Source: Mobula birostris
Lineage: Eukaryota
Length of the DNA: 64,000 nt
NCBI RefSeq assembly: GCF_030028105.1
Contig: NC_092393.1
Span: 12,962,012-13,026,011, forward strand
Reading direction: 5' to 3'
Under the pieces are notes generated by a model. The model was not told where the DNA came from. It worked only from the letters and a program-made list of their open reading frames with translations, and ran no database searches. Below are positions 1 to 13,834 of the stretch, piece by piece (position 1 is the stretch's first letter; every line of letters begins with the position of its first letter). The translations under genes and the position numbers were made by a program.

Positions 1-395
1 TACTAGCCTCCCCAGCACCCAGGTCATCTTCAGGGAGAGATGCTCCCAAGAAGCAACATCCAACATTAAGGACCCTCATCACCTAGGACATAGCCTCTTC
101 TCATTGCTGCCATCAGGGAGGAGGTACAGGAGCCTGAAGGCACACATTCAAAGATTCAGGAACAGCTTCTTCCCTTCTGCCATCAGAATTCAGAATTGAA
201 CCCATGAACAATATCTCACTTCTTTTTTTTCTCTCTTTTGCACTACTTATTTAATTTAACTTCTTAAAAATACATGTATATTTATACATCTTGTCATAAT
301 TTATCAGTTATTATTATGTATTGCAATATACTGCTGCCGCTTAACAACACATTTCACAACATAAGTCAATGATTTTAAACCTGATTCAGAATCTG
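1..395 (+). mobile_element. Rex1/Babar-type LINE, 3' fragment
   Basis: Encodes LLPSGRRYRSLKAHIQRFRNSFFPSAIR (C-terminus typical of this clade), then a 3' UTR ending aaacctgattcagaatctgat; homologous to 58050-58366. Confidence 0.8.
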
Positions 396-2169
396 ATCAT
401 TTTCTGGCCTGCTTTCAAACTATTGTAGCATTGAGAACAACCTCACCCTTTGCACGAATCATGACAGGAAGTGTCAGGTCAAATTTCTGGGGTGCTGTGA
501 TTCTTTATATCATTGGCCCTGATTTGAAGCTCAGAAGCAGGTGATATTCAGATGCATAACTCTGAGAAATGCAACACTGTGTGTCTGCTTTCCCAGGCAA
601 TGTTTTATTGTCTGCACTTTTGCTTTTGGGATATGCTTGAAGCTGCGTTCAGGGGATTAATCTTGGATTCCCATTGACTCCAGGGCAATCCTGTCATGCT
701 GGTAACCTGAACCACACTGTGGCTGGAGAGACCGCATTCTTAAAAACAAGCTTCAGTCCTGGCTCTGGGAGGTCTTGCAACAAACTCATTCCCTTTCAAC
801 CTCAGCTTTGGCTCCTTGATTACGTGGCTCAGTGGTGCCACGGACTTTGGCAGTGTCTGAGAATTTATGGAAGGTTAACATGTACATATGATTCCAAAAG
901 CAAGTCCCTGACTTCAACAAATATGAAGCAAACCAACGTTCTGGAAAAGTGAATAGAAAGGCTGTGTGTTAATTTATTGCTCAGAGATACCATTAATCTT
1001 GCCTAGAGTTTCTGATGTGATGAAGCTGTCTGATGGTTTCTAGCCGATATAAATTGAAAATCCATTTGACTCAAGGGAAGGAGGTTTTGAAACAAATGTG
1101 CAAAAACCATGAAGTCAACTATAGGGGAAAAATTGATTTTTTACAGAGAATATGAATTCTGTTATTGATTGAATAGAGCACCATGCTATTCAAACACTTT
1201 GTGAGTGCTTGGAGATCTTCATTTAGTTCCAGCTTATGCACAGGTTCCTGTGGCTGCTTGTCCTCTCATCCGATGTGCTATGCTGCTTGCCTCTCTCTAC
1301 AGTCTGTTGATCTAATGTGATTCTGAAAATGGATGATATATGCTTGTGTCTCAGAAACCAGCACTTGATTTAACAATATACTGTACACCTTTTACCACAG
1401 AGGCTTCAATTCAAGGCATTTCATCAGCTGTGAACCTAAGGTCCCGACAGGCATATAGGCAAGTGCAAGTCCTCTCACAGTCAGGCTTTCCAGCATTTTC
1501 TGGTCTTTCCTGTCATGTTCTGTTTCCATGGTTTTATTTTTTTGTCTGCAGGGCCAGGCTAACCAGGGCTAGAGGTGAGTGTAATTCATCCAACTTGTTT
1601 CAATAGGAAGGAGCTTGCTTTCTTTCATGATCCTAAGCCCTCAGACCCAATAAAACACTTATGGAGCAGTGTAATGTAAGAAATGTAGCAGCCGATTTGC
1701 ATACAGCAACATTCCAATATGATGACGACCATGTAATCTTTTCCTTTAGTGTTTATAACTGAGAGACAGGCTTCTTCTAGGAGATGAGGAAATTCCCCCT
1801 CCCTATTTAAATCTTGCCATGGGATCATTTTCATCTAACTCAGAGGACAAATGATGCTCAGCTATCAGCACATCCAAAGATAAATGTACATCTCCAAGAT
1901 CTCTGCAGAATGAGGACTCTGCATTCTAAGCCTTGGGCAAAGGCTGGAATTGACATGCTGAACTCACCATTTCTCTCAAGCCTCGGTCAGCTTAAAGCCA
2001 TAGTGTTTGAAAGCAATGTCCTGTTCAACCCACAGTAATGTGATTCTCTCTCCCTCCAAAATCCAAGGTAGATTGGCAGAGCAGACTCGATGGGCCAAAT
2101 GCCCCAAATCTGCTCCTATGTTTTATGATCTTGGCAATTATAGACAAGTTCAAAAATCTTGCTTAAACA

Positions 2170-2460
2170 TTTGTTTTTATTTATTGAGATAGAGCTCGGA
2201 ATAGACCCTTTCAGCCCTTTGAGCTGTGCAGCCCAGCAATCCCCAATTTACTCCTCGCCTAATCATGGGACAATTTACAATGACCAATTAACCTAGCAAT
2301 CAGTATGCCTTTGGACTGTGGGGTGAAACCAGAGCACCCAGAGGAAACCCACATGGTCACAGGGAGAATGTACAAACTCCTTGCAGGCAGTGATGGGAAT
2401 TGAATCCAGGTCACCTGTACTGTAAAGCATTGTGCTAACCACTACACAGCCATGCCACCC
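2170..2460 (-). mobile_element. V-SINE (HE1-like, tRNA-derived) with CR1-type tail
   Basis: Minus strand: tRNA-like head (tagtggttagcac..ggattcaattccc), V-domain gtgggtttcctctgggtgctctggtttc..cacagtccaaag, tail gggctgaaagggtctattcc. Confidence 0.85.
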
Positions 2461-3337
2461 TAATATATACAGTATTTTTAAAAATATATGTTTCAGTTTG
2501 CCATTGCAGAATGGAAAACTATCCCCTTTTCAATGTCCTGATTTCTTTTTGTGAATCTATTTACAAACAGGCTAACAAGGGGCTCCCAAGTACATTTAAG
2601 AATGTATGAAAATAGAGGCTGGAGTGGACAATCTAACCCAAAACTTCATTATTCGATTAGATCATGACACCACTTTCTTGCACTATCCATTGATCTTTAG
2701 ATTCCTTTATTATCTAGATGATCAGCTGCAGTTTGACCTTTATTCCAACCAGTGCCCTTTCCTTTCTTCCTTCCTCTGGCTGTGACTTTGAGATTTAATT
2801 CTATGGAGGTTCAAGCTGTCCTGTCTCTAACTTGTGAGGAGATATGGACTGACTGTTCAGGCAGACTGGGAAAGAAAGAACAACATAGCCTCTGCCTATG
2901 GCTATTCTGACAACCAATCCTGATTGACGACCTGCAGCGGGAAACATCCCAGTTTGGGCCACGGACACAGCATGCTTTCATTAGTCGGGGATTCCATGGT
3001 TCCTTCAGTTGTCAGTGTGCAGTGAGAGGGTGGTTTATTTGTTTGCAAACCACTGAAAGGTCAACATTTCTAAACTAGGGTGGAGCAGTCCATGTAATTA
3101 CGGACAAGAATAGATGTGATTCAGTGGAATTCTTGCATCAGTACAGGGTGTTTTGATCACTTGTATGTGGTAATATTAAGCAGACAGCACTAACCACTTG
3201 CTAATTAAATTGTGATGAGTCTGCAAATGAATGTGAGAAAAGATACAAAAACAAAATGAAATAAATAATTACCGTCTCCACATTTCAAAAAATTCACCAT
3301 AATCCATCAAATCCAGTACTCAGGGGCAGCTGTCCTT

Positions 3338-3925
3338 TTGTTCAAAGTTCAAATTAAATTTATTATCGAAGTACATATGCAGTATGTCACCAAAAACCAC
3401 CCTGAAATTCATTTTCTTGCAAGCATTTACAGTAGAACAATGAATAACTGCACACAAACCAACAGTCTAACAAGCAGCCAACATGCAAAAGAAGACAAAC
3501 TGTGCAAATACAAAAAAATAAACAAATAAAAATAAAAATTAATCAACAAATAAATAAATAAATACCAATAATGTGAGTTATAGAGCCCTTGAATGTGAGT
3601 CCTTAGGTTATGTTCAGTGATCAGTTCAGTATTTTGGTGAATGAAAATGTCTATGCTGGTTCAGGATCTGGTTGGTTGAGGGGTAATAACTGTTCCGGAG
3701 TCTGGTGGTATCTTCCTGATGGTAGTCACAAGAAGAGAGCCTGGCCTGCATGGTGGGGCCCATGTAAAATGGATGCTGCTTTGTTGTGGCTGCGCTCTTT
3801 GTAGATACGTTCACTGGCGCAGAGGGCTTTTCCTGTTATTAACTGACCTGTACCCACCACCCTTTGTAGGCTTTTCCATTTTTAGGCATCACTGTTCCCA
3901 TACCAGGCAATGATGCAACCAGTAA
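3338..3925 (-). mobile_element. Rex1/Babar-type LINE, degenerate 3' fragment
   Basis: Tail gataataaattt..tttgaactttgaa on minus strand; remnants of the LPSGR coding end. Confidence 0.7.
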
Positions 3926-4004
3926 TACACCGGAGTGTACTGAAATAGAAATCAGAAGTAAAAACATCCTACTTGGAATGGCTGCCTGCAACTAGTCAGA
4001 TACT

Positions 4005-4340
4005 GGAGGATCAAGTCAAGTTTAATGCCATGTGTGCAAGTACAGTGAAGTACGGGTACAATGACAAACTTGCTTGCAACAGCATCGCAGCCATGTACAT
4101 ACAGAAAATATACAGAATATAAATTACACAAAGCAGTGAAGAGGGGGAGAAGAAAAGACTGTGCAAAAATAAAATTTGAGGGGTAAGGAGAAACGCGGTT
4201 GGAGACTTGGTAGTGCAAGAGGTACATCTTTGATATTCTTTTGCTGAAATTTAGGGTTGTGCAGGTTGGTTCAAGAACCCGAGGACTGTAAGAAAGTAGC
4301 TGTCTCTGTAAGTGGTTGCCTGGGGATTCAAGCTTCAGTG
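4005..4340 (-). mobile_element. Rex1/Babar-type LINE 3' end, degenerate
   Basis: Minus-strand tail tggcattaaacttgacttgat and remnant of the FFP..RLLN coding end. Confidence 0.55.
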
Positions 4341-4349
4341 CTTGATTGA

Positions 4350-4665
4350 GAAAATAAGGCCTTTGGCCTATCAAATCTACACCAATCATCCTGCAATAAC
4401 CCTCATCCTGCACTAATTCCATTCTTTTCTCTCCACAATCCTCTCAACTCTCGCCAGCTTCTAGCACTCAGCTACACACAGGGAAAACTTACAGTGATCC
4501 GTTAATTTACTAACCTGTATGCCTTGGGGATGTGGGTAAATCAGAGTACTCAGAAGAAACCCATACAGTTAACAGGGAGAACATGCAAACTCCACATGGA
4601 TAGCAGCTAAGGTCAGGATTGAACCCAGCTTATTGGAGCTGGGAGGCAGTAGTTCTACTAGCCTT
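4350..4665 (-). mobile_element. V-SINE, diverged
   Basis: cagggagaacatgcaaactccaca..aggattgaaccc matches the reverse complement of the B box and V-domain. Confidence 0.75.
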
Positions 4666-6559
4666 ATGGGACTGAGGTAAATGAACATGATCTTGCTAAA
4701 TGGTGGAGCTCATCTGAGAGGGCAAATGGCCTCCTTTGGCTCCTCTTCCTTGTGTTGTTCATAGAGTCTGCATTCTACCTGGACAGATGTGTTGGCATGG
4801 AGCAGGGGAGAATGGAAATTCCCTTCTCAGTGAGGCAGAAGGGAGAAAAGAATGACCAGCATTGGTATTTGTTAGGTCTCAAAGAATGAGCAGCCGGGGA
4901 ACAAGGCAGAATGTTGGACCACTGGTCAGAATCACTTGGATTATGGGTGTGCTGGTGACACCATTAGCTCAAAGTTCTTTAGCCTATGTACTTCTTTGAA
5001 GATGATTGAAATGTTTTCCTGTTATTCATTAGTATGAGCTGGGATGCCCGTGCTCTCCCTCCTCGTCAGAGTAATGAATAACTAGGAAAGAATGTTTCTT
5101 CTGATGGGGAAATTGCAGGATGCATGATAACCCTCATTATTGGTGTGGACGGAGACCAAGTCTTGTGGACAGTGGAGAGGGAGGCCCCAGCAACTACGTG
5201 GAAGAAAGCCTTGGATTGCACAAGAGGGATGGAACAGTGGCGTGCACAGCACCACCCCGAGGCTTTTGCCAAGCTTCTAACCTTTGAGTCTGTCAGGCTT
5301 TATTTTTCAAAGCAGCAGCAATATAAACTTGGTGACTGCCTGACTGAGTAATCACAGAGCACTGCTTTAAATACAGTCACATGGGAAAGTATTTTGAATT
5401 GAGGGATCTCCTGTAGAGTGCTAGAGGCTATAGCTAGCTGAAGGAGGAACTGGTGAAGGATTTGCTACCTGGCTCAGAGCAGTCTATTTACCTGTTTGCT
5501 GTGTAAAATCCTGGCATGAACATGTTTCCTCAATTCTGAAGAAACACCCTCATTAAATTATCATTTAAACCTATTCCTTGTAAGGGAACATTTCTTGTAA
5601 TGAAATATTTTTAAAACAACCTCAGTTTCTCCATTTCAAATTCTAATCTCTTAAATTATTCATCAATCTTTGAGATTTCCTTGTGTAAATCTCACACTTC
5701 AAGCTCTTTCGACAGTGAGGAGCTGTCTTAATATTGTAGTAAAGAGTCTTCCAAATAAATTAGCTTTTTATATGTACCATTCTGAAATGTATACTTCAGG
5801 GAAAAATGAAATGGATGAAGCTTCAGGGAATTATAAATTTAAAAAGCAGCACATAGTATTGCGTTATGTGGAACTGGAAGAATCTCAATAAAAAGCCTGC
5901 TATTACAACATCCCTTCACATCTTCAGATGTCTTGTGCAACTAATTAAAATCTGAGTATGTTTTGTCAGCAGCATCCTGTTTTAAAATGCAGTCCCTTTC
6001 TCAATGTCAGGATACCCCTGCATACTTGAGGTATATCCATTCTTGTACTGTTGTACCTGAGAAAGAATGGCAGCGATTTACACAAAGTGAACAGCAGCAA
6101 GGATCACACGTGCAGATCTCTAGGATAGGACTTCACGTTTCACACTCAACCTTCACGTTCCATGAGTGCTATCAACTGAGACATAGCTGACACCTTTTAC
6201 TTCATAAAGTTGGATGCATCTGTTGATCTATTTTTGCAGGTATTATCTGCGTGAAGAACATGGGGCAGGGAAATGAGGGAACTTCCTTGTTTTCCTCTGA
6301 AAAATCCACTGGGCTGGAGCGGAGTGACTGGTGGGCTTCAGTTAACATCAGGGATGGGAAATGCTTTGTGTCTGACCTGTGCTAGTTGCTAAATGAGATC
6401 AGGCAGAAATTCTGCCCAAAACATAAGATCAAAGAAAATGTTCAAAAGTTGAATTTTACGTTTCTTGATGAACGGGTGTGTGTCACCAGCAGGGGCTCCA
6501 ACTATTTCTTCCTGGATATTCTGATGATATTTAGCATTAAAATTGATGTGCAAAAGAAC

Positions 6560-6900
6560 CTAAACAGAGCCATACAACGCTGAAGCAAACAGTTTGGTTA
6601 AGCACAACCATACCAACCATCATGCATCCATCCATCCTAATTTTTGTCCCTTTCTCACACCCCCATTCCATCCCCATTTTCTGCTAGCACAACACCAGGG
6701 CCAATTTACAATGGCCAGTTAATCTATCACCCTGCATGATAGCCAAAGGATAAACCTGAGCTCCTTGATGAACCATCAAGGGCACGTGGAAGGAAAGCTG
6801 AGCAAACTCCATAGAGACAACAGCCAAAAGCAGGACTGAACTCTGGTCACTGGAGCTAGAAAGCAACAGCACTAACCACTTCACCTCAATGCCCCTTCCA
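6560..6900 (-). mobile_element. V-SINE, diverged
   Basis: caatttacaatggccagttaatcta..gcaaactccatagagaca..gcactaaccact, same layout as 2170-2460. Confidence 0.65.
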
Positions 6901-7344
6901 TGGAGTCTTAGCCTCCTTTATCCCAGTGTAGGGCAACACGCAGCTGTTGATGTGAACTCTTATTCATAAGGGAAGAAGAAAGTGTTTTCTGTGCAGATAC
7001 TGAAGTATAACACAGGGAGTGGATGCACTGGTGGTGTTGCCTGTGGGCCGAATGGCCTGTTCCTGTGCTGTACTCTCTGCTGAGTCGGGTTGCTGCATTT
7101 CAGGGACGAATATTCCCTGGAATCCTCATTGTTGACTCCAAACTCCATAACGTCCTGAAGCATTAGATCAAGCATAGAGAAGGAAACCTTCCACTGATTA
7201 TCAGCTGATGAATCGGTGCTCCTACCTGTTGAGTACCAAGAGCAGCAGGGACACACGTGTACCCTGGCTGGGGCAATTTAGGTGGCAGTACCACTGACCA
7301 AACTGGCTGGGTCTGTGGATGCTTGTGAGGGATAAACCTTTAGA

Positions 7345-8712
7345 CTTATGACTGTGAGGCTAATTACAGCCCAAATGCCAGTTTTAAATTTGCTGATGAC
7401 ATCACTGTTGCTGGCTGAAGCGAAGGTGGTGATGAATCAGCATATCCAGTGCAAAGGAGATTAATAACCTGGCTCAATGGTGCCACGACACCTACCTTGC
7501 ACTCGACATCAGCAAAACCAAAGAGCTGATTATTAAATACAGCCAGAGGAAACTGGAGGTCCATCAGGAAATCAGAGGTAGAGAGGGTCAGTAAATTTCT
7601 CAGCATTATCATTTCAAGGAGACTGTCTTGGGACCGGCATGTAAGTGCCATTACAAGGAAGGCACGACAATGCCTCTATTTTCTTCAAAGTTTGCAAAGA
7701 TACGGCATGTCATCTAAAACTTTGACAAACTTCTCTAGATTCACAGTGGAAAGTATACTGACTGGCTACATCATGGCTTTGCATGGAAATATCGCAATGC
7801 CCTTGAATAGAAAAGTCGACAAAAAGTAATGGATACCACCTGGCCCACCACAGAAAAAAGCGCTCCCCACCACTGAGCACATCTACAAGGAGTGCTGGCA
7901 CAGGAAAGCAGCATGCATCATCAAATATCCCCACTATCCACACCATGCTCTCTTCTCATTGCTGCCATTCGGATGGATGTTCAGAAGTCTTAGGTCCCAA
8001 AGCACTAGGTTCAGGACCAGTTATTACCCCTTAACTATCAGGCTCCTGAACCAGGGTGAATACTTCACCCACTCCAACACTGAACTGATTCCACAACCTA
8101 CAGACCCCCTTTCAGCACTCTACAACTCATGTTCTCAATACAATTATTTATGTATTATTATTATGTTTTTCTTTTCGTATTTGCGCAATTTGTCATCTTT
8201 TGCATGTTGGTTGTGAGATGTTTCATCGAGTACCTCTGCTGTATCAGCCAAAAGCGTAACTTCTTGGTGGCCAAACACTTTAATTTCAATTCCCATTCCT
8301 GTTCCAGCATGTCAGTCCACAGTTTCCTCTTGTGTAATGATGAGGTCACTGTCAAGGTGGAAAATTCCTTCCTCTCCAGCCCTTTACCTTCTTTATCCAC
8401 CTGGCTTCACCTATTACCTCTAGCTATCATACCGCCCCTTCCCAGTCCCCATCTTTTTAATCTGATGTCTTCCCCCACCCCGTCCCGAAGAAAGGTCTCA
8501 GCCCAAAATGCCAACTGTTTGTTCTTTTCCATACATACTGCCTGACCAGCTGAGTTCCTCCAGCATTCTGTGTGTGTTGCTTTGGTTGTTAGTCTGCCTT
8601 CGTGTATAGCTTTTCATTAATTCTATTGTGTTTCTTTGTATCTACTGTGAATGCTCACAAGAAAATGAATCACATGGTCACGTATATGTGCTTGAACTTT
8701 GAACTTTGAAAC
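7345..8712 (+). mobile_element. Rex1/Babar-type LINE, 5'-truncated, interrupted by a PLE insertion
   Basis: RT motif FKFADDITV at ~7385, coding end STRFRTSYYPLTIRLLN (ORF 7959..8216), tail tgaactttgaactttgaa; stops and frameshifts present. Confidence 0.85.
8215..8581 (+). mobile_element. Penelope-like element 3' fragment (GIY-YIG C-terminal part plus terminal repeat with decayed HHR)
   Basis: RCFIEYL..FLVAKHFN resembles the PLE endonuclease end (RF.EHL..VA.HFN); decayed HHR ccgaagaaaggtctcagcccaaaatgcc; flanked by 8-bp TSD ttggttgt (8207-8214, 8582-8589). Confidence 0.8.
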
Positions 8713-8734
8713 CTGCTTACCCTCACCCTCAATG

Positions 8735-9770
8735 ATCTACCTGTGGCAGATATTCTGTTCATGCTGGCACAGGTGAAAGTGACCAGCATACAGTCCTGTA
8801 TTACTGTCTTCACAGTGTCCACCATCATGTTACACAGCACCATAATATGTTAAAAATAATAGACTTGGGACAGATTGGTAACTCAAAACTGAGCTTCCAT
8901 GAGGTGTCATGGAACATCTGTAACTTTATGGTTCGGCATATCTGCAATCAGCCGGATATTGCCACACAAATGTCCTTCATGGAAAAGTTCTTCCAGATCA
9001 GCGCCTTTGACCACATCCATAAGGCCATGCTCAGCACAGAAGTCCTACCAACACTGCAGGAGAAGGACTCAGTGGACGCAGTACACTGCTTCCTGAGCAA
9101 ACTGTCCAGAGCATCGGGCAGGATGCCTCATCGCCAGGCTTCACCAACAAGCACCAAGTATTTGCTTGGCTGGCAGTGAGGCGGGTATTTGCCCCCCTGT
9201 CAGATCCTTCCTGCGTGACCAAAACATCACTCCCACAGTGAGCTTCCTGAGGAAAAGACAGCAGCTCACCTCTGTGGACTGTGGGTTTGCGAAGGGGGTG
9301 TGGCGAAAGATGAAAGGGCCTAGGTCGCAGTTCATCCCGAGCAGCGCAAGACAGGGGACTCTCTGATCTATGGGCTGTTCCCAGGTATACGCACGGAGAC
9401 CAACATCAACTCGGTGGAAGGCGCCCTATGGTCTGCCAGCATGCTGAAATGTCCGTGGAGGGATGCTGCCGAATGGCGCATTCCAGGCTGCAGGAGTACG
9501 TGTTGAGGGTCACACTGATGCTTGGTGCAGCCACCACAAAGGTTCAGTGGGGAAATACCACAGTGTAGAGTTCTTCTCCTCCTGGAGAGAGAGGAAGCCC
9601 GTCAATTATTATTGTAGCAGTACACCGCCCCAGAGTGCCCCATGAGTAGCACAATGCTATTGATGTATATGAATGCAATTGAACAGTACGAAAGGCATTG
9701 ACTATAAATGTAAAGGATGAAAAGGCTTTGAATGGTTGATTCTTGCAATAATTTTTTATTATGATGTCAT
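8735..9770 (+). mobile_element. Tx1-clade (L1-like) LINE, degenerate ORF2 C-terminal region
   Basis: Motifs SFMEKFF..FDH, NKHQVFAWLAVR, PVRSFL, DCGFAKGVWRKM, LIYGLFPG..TETNINSV across frameshifts. Confidence 0.75.
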
Positions 9771-9839
9771 CCTTCTTAATAGTCGAGAAATACTGTTGTA
9801 GTTGTCTAGGTGAGTAGCTGTGGTACACAGTACAATCTC

Positions 9840-10080
9840 TATAGAGGGAATGGATAGTGGATGGAATGCCAACAAGTGGGCTACTTTGTCCTGGATGACA
9901 CTAACCTTTTAAAGCTACAATCACCCACCCAGGCAAATATAGTGTACTTTGTTACACCTTTGACTTGTGCGTTGTAGATGGTAGGCATCAGAAGGTGAGT
10001 CACTCACTATAAGATAGCCACCTTCTTGTTTGTTTATTGTGGGCATGTTATTTATTTGGCAGGTCCAGCTGAGCTGTGCA
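9840..10080 (-). mobile_element. Old CR1/L2-superfamily LINE 3' fragment
   Basis: Minus strand reads catctacaacgcacaagtcaaaggtgtaacaaagtacac..catccaggacaaagtagccc (IY.AQV..EY..IQDKA-like). Confidence 0.5.
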
Positions 10081-10494
10081 AACTGGTACCGTGATTATTA
10101 TACGCATGACGTGAATTTGTTAAAGTTGTTGGTTGCAGTGCTTCTGTTACAGCAGCGACAACGGAAAATGACATTGGCTCATCTGTTCCCAGATGATTCC
10201 TGAGAACTTAACACACACACCATCAGCCCAGTAGCATACACATGGGAAATAACGTGCTGACAGTCAGTTACTATCTGCCTCAAGATAAGATCAAACTTCC
10301 AGAAATCTTCCTGGGGCATCTTCACAAGCAATATCGAGGAACCAATCCAGAGAAAGCTATCAGTCCCAAGCTACTACAGTCACTTAGCCTAACATCTGAA
10401 GGTAGCAGCTAGACAAAATATCGTGTCTTAGGTGAGTTGTAGAAGGTCAGCATTGAAACTATTGCAACCAAGCCCCAAGCAAAGCAGGTGCCAC

Positions 10495-10670
10495 ATTAGC
10501 ACAGATAGTGGAGCCACAGAGACTCAGGTTTGATCCTCACCTCTGGTCTTGTCAGTGTGGGGTTTGTATATCTCATTGTGACTGCATAGGTTTCCTCCAG
10601 GTATTCTCGTCTCCTTCCACATACCAAAGGCGTCCACTGGTTGAGCTGCTTAAACTTTGGTGGACTGGGG
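10495..10670 (+). mobile_element. V-SINE fragment
   Basis: ggtttgatcc B box; taggtttcctccaggtattctcgtctccttccacataccaaag V-domain. Confidence 0.7.
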
Positions 10671-11065
10671 CTATCTGATATCCGGTCAAACAAGCAGGGA
10701 GTTTTGTAGTTCATAGTTTCCGACTTCATACACTGCTGCCCCAAGGTAAGGTGTGGCAGTTCATACAGCCATTGCCCCGTGGCTCCAGTGACGACTTCAA
10801 TCCAAAACTCAGGTGCTGTCTGTGGTACTGCTTTTCATGATTTCTCATCGGGCTGATGTGATGAGGATCCCTGTCTGTGTGTCGGAATCATCTAGTGCTG
10901 CACAGATTTCAGGGTTACAGCATCTTGTTTAAATACATTAAGATGCATCAATGTTCAAGCCTTTAGTATATTGATTGAAAATAGTGTCAAAATTGTTGAG
11001 TACTAACAGGTCACATTTGTGTTTTTCTCAAAAGCCAACAATAATAGGTTAATATCATGCATTTC

Positions 11066-11595
11066 AAGAAGTTTGACATGAGTCCCCAAATCCTAAGAAC
11101 TTTCTACAGGGGCACAATTGAAAGCATCCTGACTGGCTGCATCACTGACTGGTATGGGAATTGTAATTCCCTCAATCACAGGGCGCTGCAGAGAGTGGTG
11201 CAGACAGCCCAGCCCATCTGTAGATGCGAACTTCCCACTATTCAGGACATTTACAGAGACAGGTATATAAAAAGGGCCCAAAGGATCATTGAAGTCCCGA
11301 GTCACCCCAACCACAAACTGTTCCAGCTGCTACCATCTGGGAAACGGTACTGCAGCATTAAAGCCGGGACCAACAGGCTCTGGGACAGCTTCTTCCACCA
11401 GCCCATCAGACTGAGTAATTCACACTATATAATTGCATTTCTATGCTATATTGACTGTCCTGTTGTGCATACTATTTATTGCAAATTATAATAATTGCAC
11501 ATTGCACATTTAGACGGAGACGTAACATAAAGATTTTTACTCCTCAAGTATATGAAGGATGTAAGAAATAAATAATGTCAATTCAATTCAGTTCA
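11066..11595 (+). mobile_element. Rex1/Babar-type LINE 3' fragment, relatively young
   Basis: Uninterrupted ORF 11057..11491 (FYRGTIESILTGCITDWYGNC..LLPSGKRY..SFFHQ.IRL); aataaa and (caatt)n tail; flanking catttc duplication. Confidence 0.9.
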
Positions 11596-11674
11596 TTTCC
11601 ATGCTTGGTTGAGGGGTCCAACTATGATGTATTAAGGGAGAGCTAGATAAGAAGCCATGGAGAAAAAATTGATG

Positions 11675-11935
11675 ACACAATGATGAAATTACTGGACTAG
11701 TAGCAGACTAAGTCTAATAATGCAGAAATTTGAGTTACCATTGAAGCTGAGGAATTCAAATGTTGTTAAAGTAAATCAAAATCAAGTAAAGTACCCTTAT
11801 TCATGGTGACTGGAATGTCGTAAAAACCAGTTCACTGATGTCAGAGTGGAAAGCTGACCTGGATTGTCTTACGTGTGGCTGCAGAGCCAAGGGGAGTGTT
11901 CACTCTGAAACAATCTTGCAAGGCACTCGGTCATT
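11675..11935 (+). mobile_element. Old chondrichthyan tRNA-derived SINE (SINE2-type)
   Basis: actggactagta..gtcgtaaaaaccagttcactgatgtc; homologous copies at ~29200-29575 (-) and ~33240-33780 (+). Confidence 0.55.
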
Positions 11936-12369
11936 CAGACACACCGCCCTTAAGCAGAAGAAGAGTCAAACTAGACAGGCTAGCTAGTCACCAAATTTAG
12001 AAATGTCAATGTCATTTCCAGCCCAAAGTCTTCCTGATGAACCACGGAGTCCAGTCTCTTAGTCGGGAAAGTTGTCTCATGTAGTGGTCAAAAGAAACAG
12101 CCATATGCTCTCAATATTGAAAATTGTGTAGATTTGTCCAGTGCACAAAAACCACAACGAATCTAATCAGGCTATTCCATGCCCAATCAATTTGCTTTCA
12201 GTCTTCAGTAAAGTGACAGAAAGCGTTGTGAACAGTACGGTCAGAGGTCTTGTGTTACTACACAAAGCAAAAAAGATTGGCTGAGAGAAGGCCTCTGTAA
12301 TGTCTGGGATCTCAGAACAAGGTAAGATGGGTCATGAATTCGACATGTCTGGCTGAATATGATTGTAAG

Positions 12370-12478
12370 GTTTCAAAATAAAATCAGAAAATGTTGGATA
12401 TAATCAGCAGATCAAGCAACATCTGGGAAAAGAGAAACTGATATAATGTTTCAGGTCAAAGACACTTCATCAATCCCT
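12370..12478 (-). mobile_element. PLE terminal fragment with decayed HHR
   Basis: Minus strand ttgatgaagtgtctttgacctgaaacatt followed by cagatgttgcttgatctgctga..ccaacattttctg. Confidence 0.65.
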
Positions 12479-12819
12479 CAACCTCAGGACGTCACTACAA
12501 GAGTTCCTCGAGGTGATGTCCAAAACCCAATCATCTTCAGTTGCTCCATGTATCTCTGGCCTTGCTTATATGGTAAAGTCAGAAGTATGGATGAACATTG
12601 ATGACTGTACACGAGGAAATATGCAGATTCTGGAATTTCAAGCAACGCACATAAAAGTTGCTGGTGATGACTGTACAATGTTTAGCTCCGTTCATCACTC
12701 ATCATTCTGGGACCTACCACTATTTAGCATGGAGATGTCATTGAGACCTCTTCCCCCTACTAGCTGTCTAATTCTTCATCGTTATCCATTTACTTATCAA
12801 TAACCTGTTTATTGATGCC

Positions 12820-13240
12820 AGTTTGGGGTTCTCCATTATCACCATTCAGATTAAGATCTCACCCCAGCCTTGGTCCAAACATGGACCAAAAATCTGATTA
12901 CAGATTAGTGACCATGACTGAACAAATGTGGACCAAACATGAACTGATGGTAAAACTGGGCATCAAGGGGAAACACTCCAGTGGTTGAAGTTATCCTCTT
13001 GCACGGAGATAGATGACTGTAGTTATTGGAGGTCAATCACTGCAGGAGTTCCCCAAGACAATGTCCTAGACCCAACCATCTTGATCTCTTTCATCGATCT
13101 GTGACTTTCTTTCTATCATAATGTCGGAAGTGGAGATGTTTGCTGATGATTGGACAATGTTCACTTCCATTCACAACTCCTCAGCATGTGGACGGTCCAC
13201 ATCTGCATGCAGGAATATCAGGGCAACGTTCAAGCAGGGT
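12820..13240 (+). mobile_element. CR1/L2-superfamily LINE RT fragment
   Basis: gcaggagttccccaagacaatgtcctagaccca (GVPQ.SVLGP-like) and atgtttgctgatgat (MFADD). Confidence 0.7.
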
Positions 13241-13834
13241 CTAGCTCTCTAACCAAATTCTTGACAGACAAACCCAAAGGACTGCACCAGGTCAGGAAGT
13301 TAGCTCATGATCACTTTCTCAGGCACAGTTACGGACGGTTAATAAATGGTAGCGTTGGCAATGGTTCCAGACCATGAAGACTTAAATAATCAAAACATGG
13401 AAGCGCTGAGATTATTATTAAGTAATGCGATGATTTTCCTAAGCTTAAATACTGACAGAAGTGAGTTGGCACAATACATTGAATCAGTATTGTAAATACT
13501 GTTTCAGAATATTTGTGGACCATAGCAATGACTTCCAAGAGATAAAGTTATACAAAATACTTTTCTCGCAACTACATGAAGTTACAAACTAATAATTTAA
13601 TCACATGTGATTGCAATCTGTGAGAATGAACTTCTTATGATTAATTTGATTAGATTGCAGTCTAAAAATCACTGCAGGGTGCCTATTGTTTTCTTATTTA
13701 GAATGTTAACTTTATCTGCTAGGCTTCATTCTGTTTTAGTTATGCCGGTATCATGACATGGAGTCTGCTGTGAAAGATTAATGGTTAGGTTGTAATTGCT
13801 GACTATTTCATCTAAAATGAAGCAAGGTTGATGT

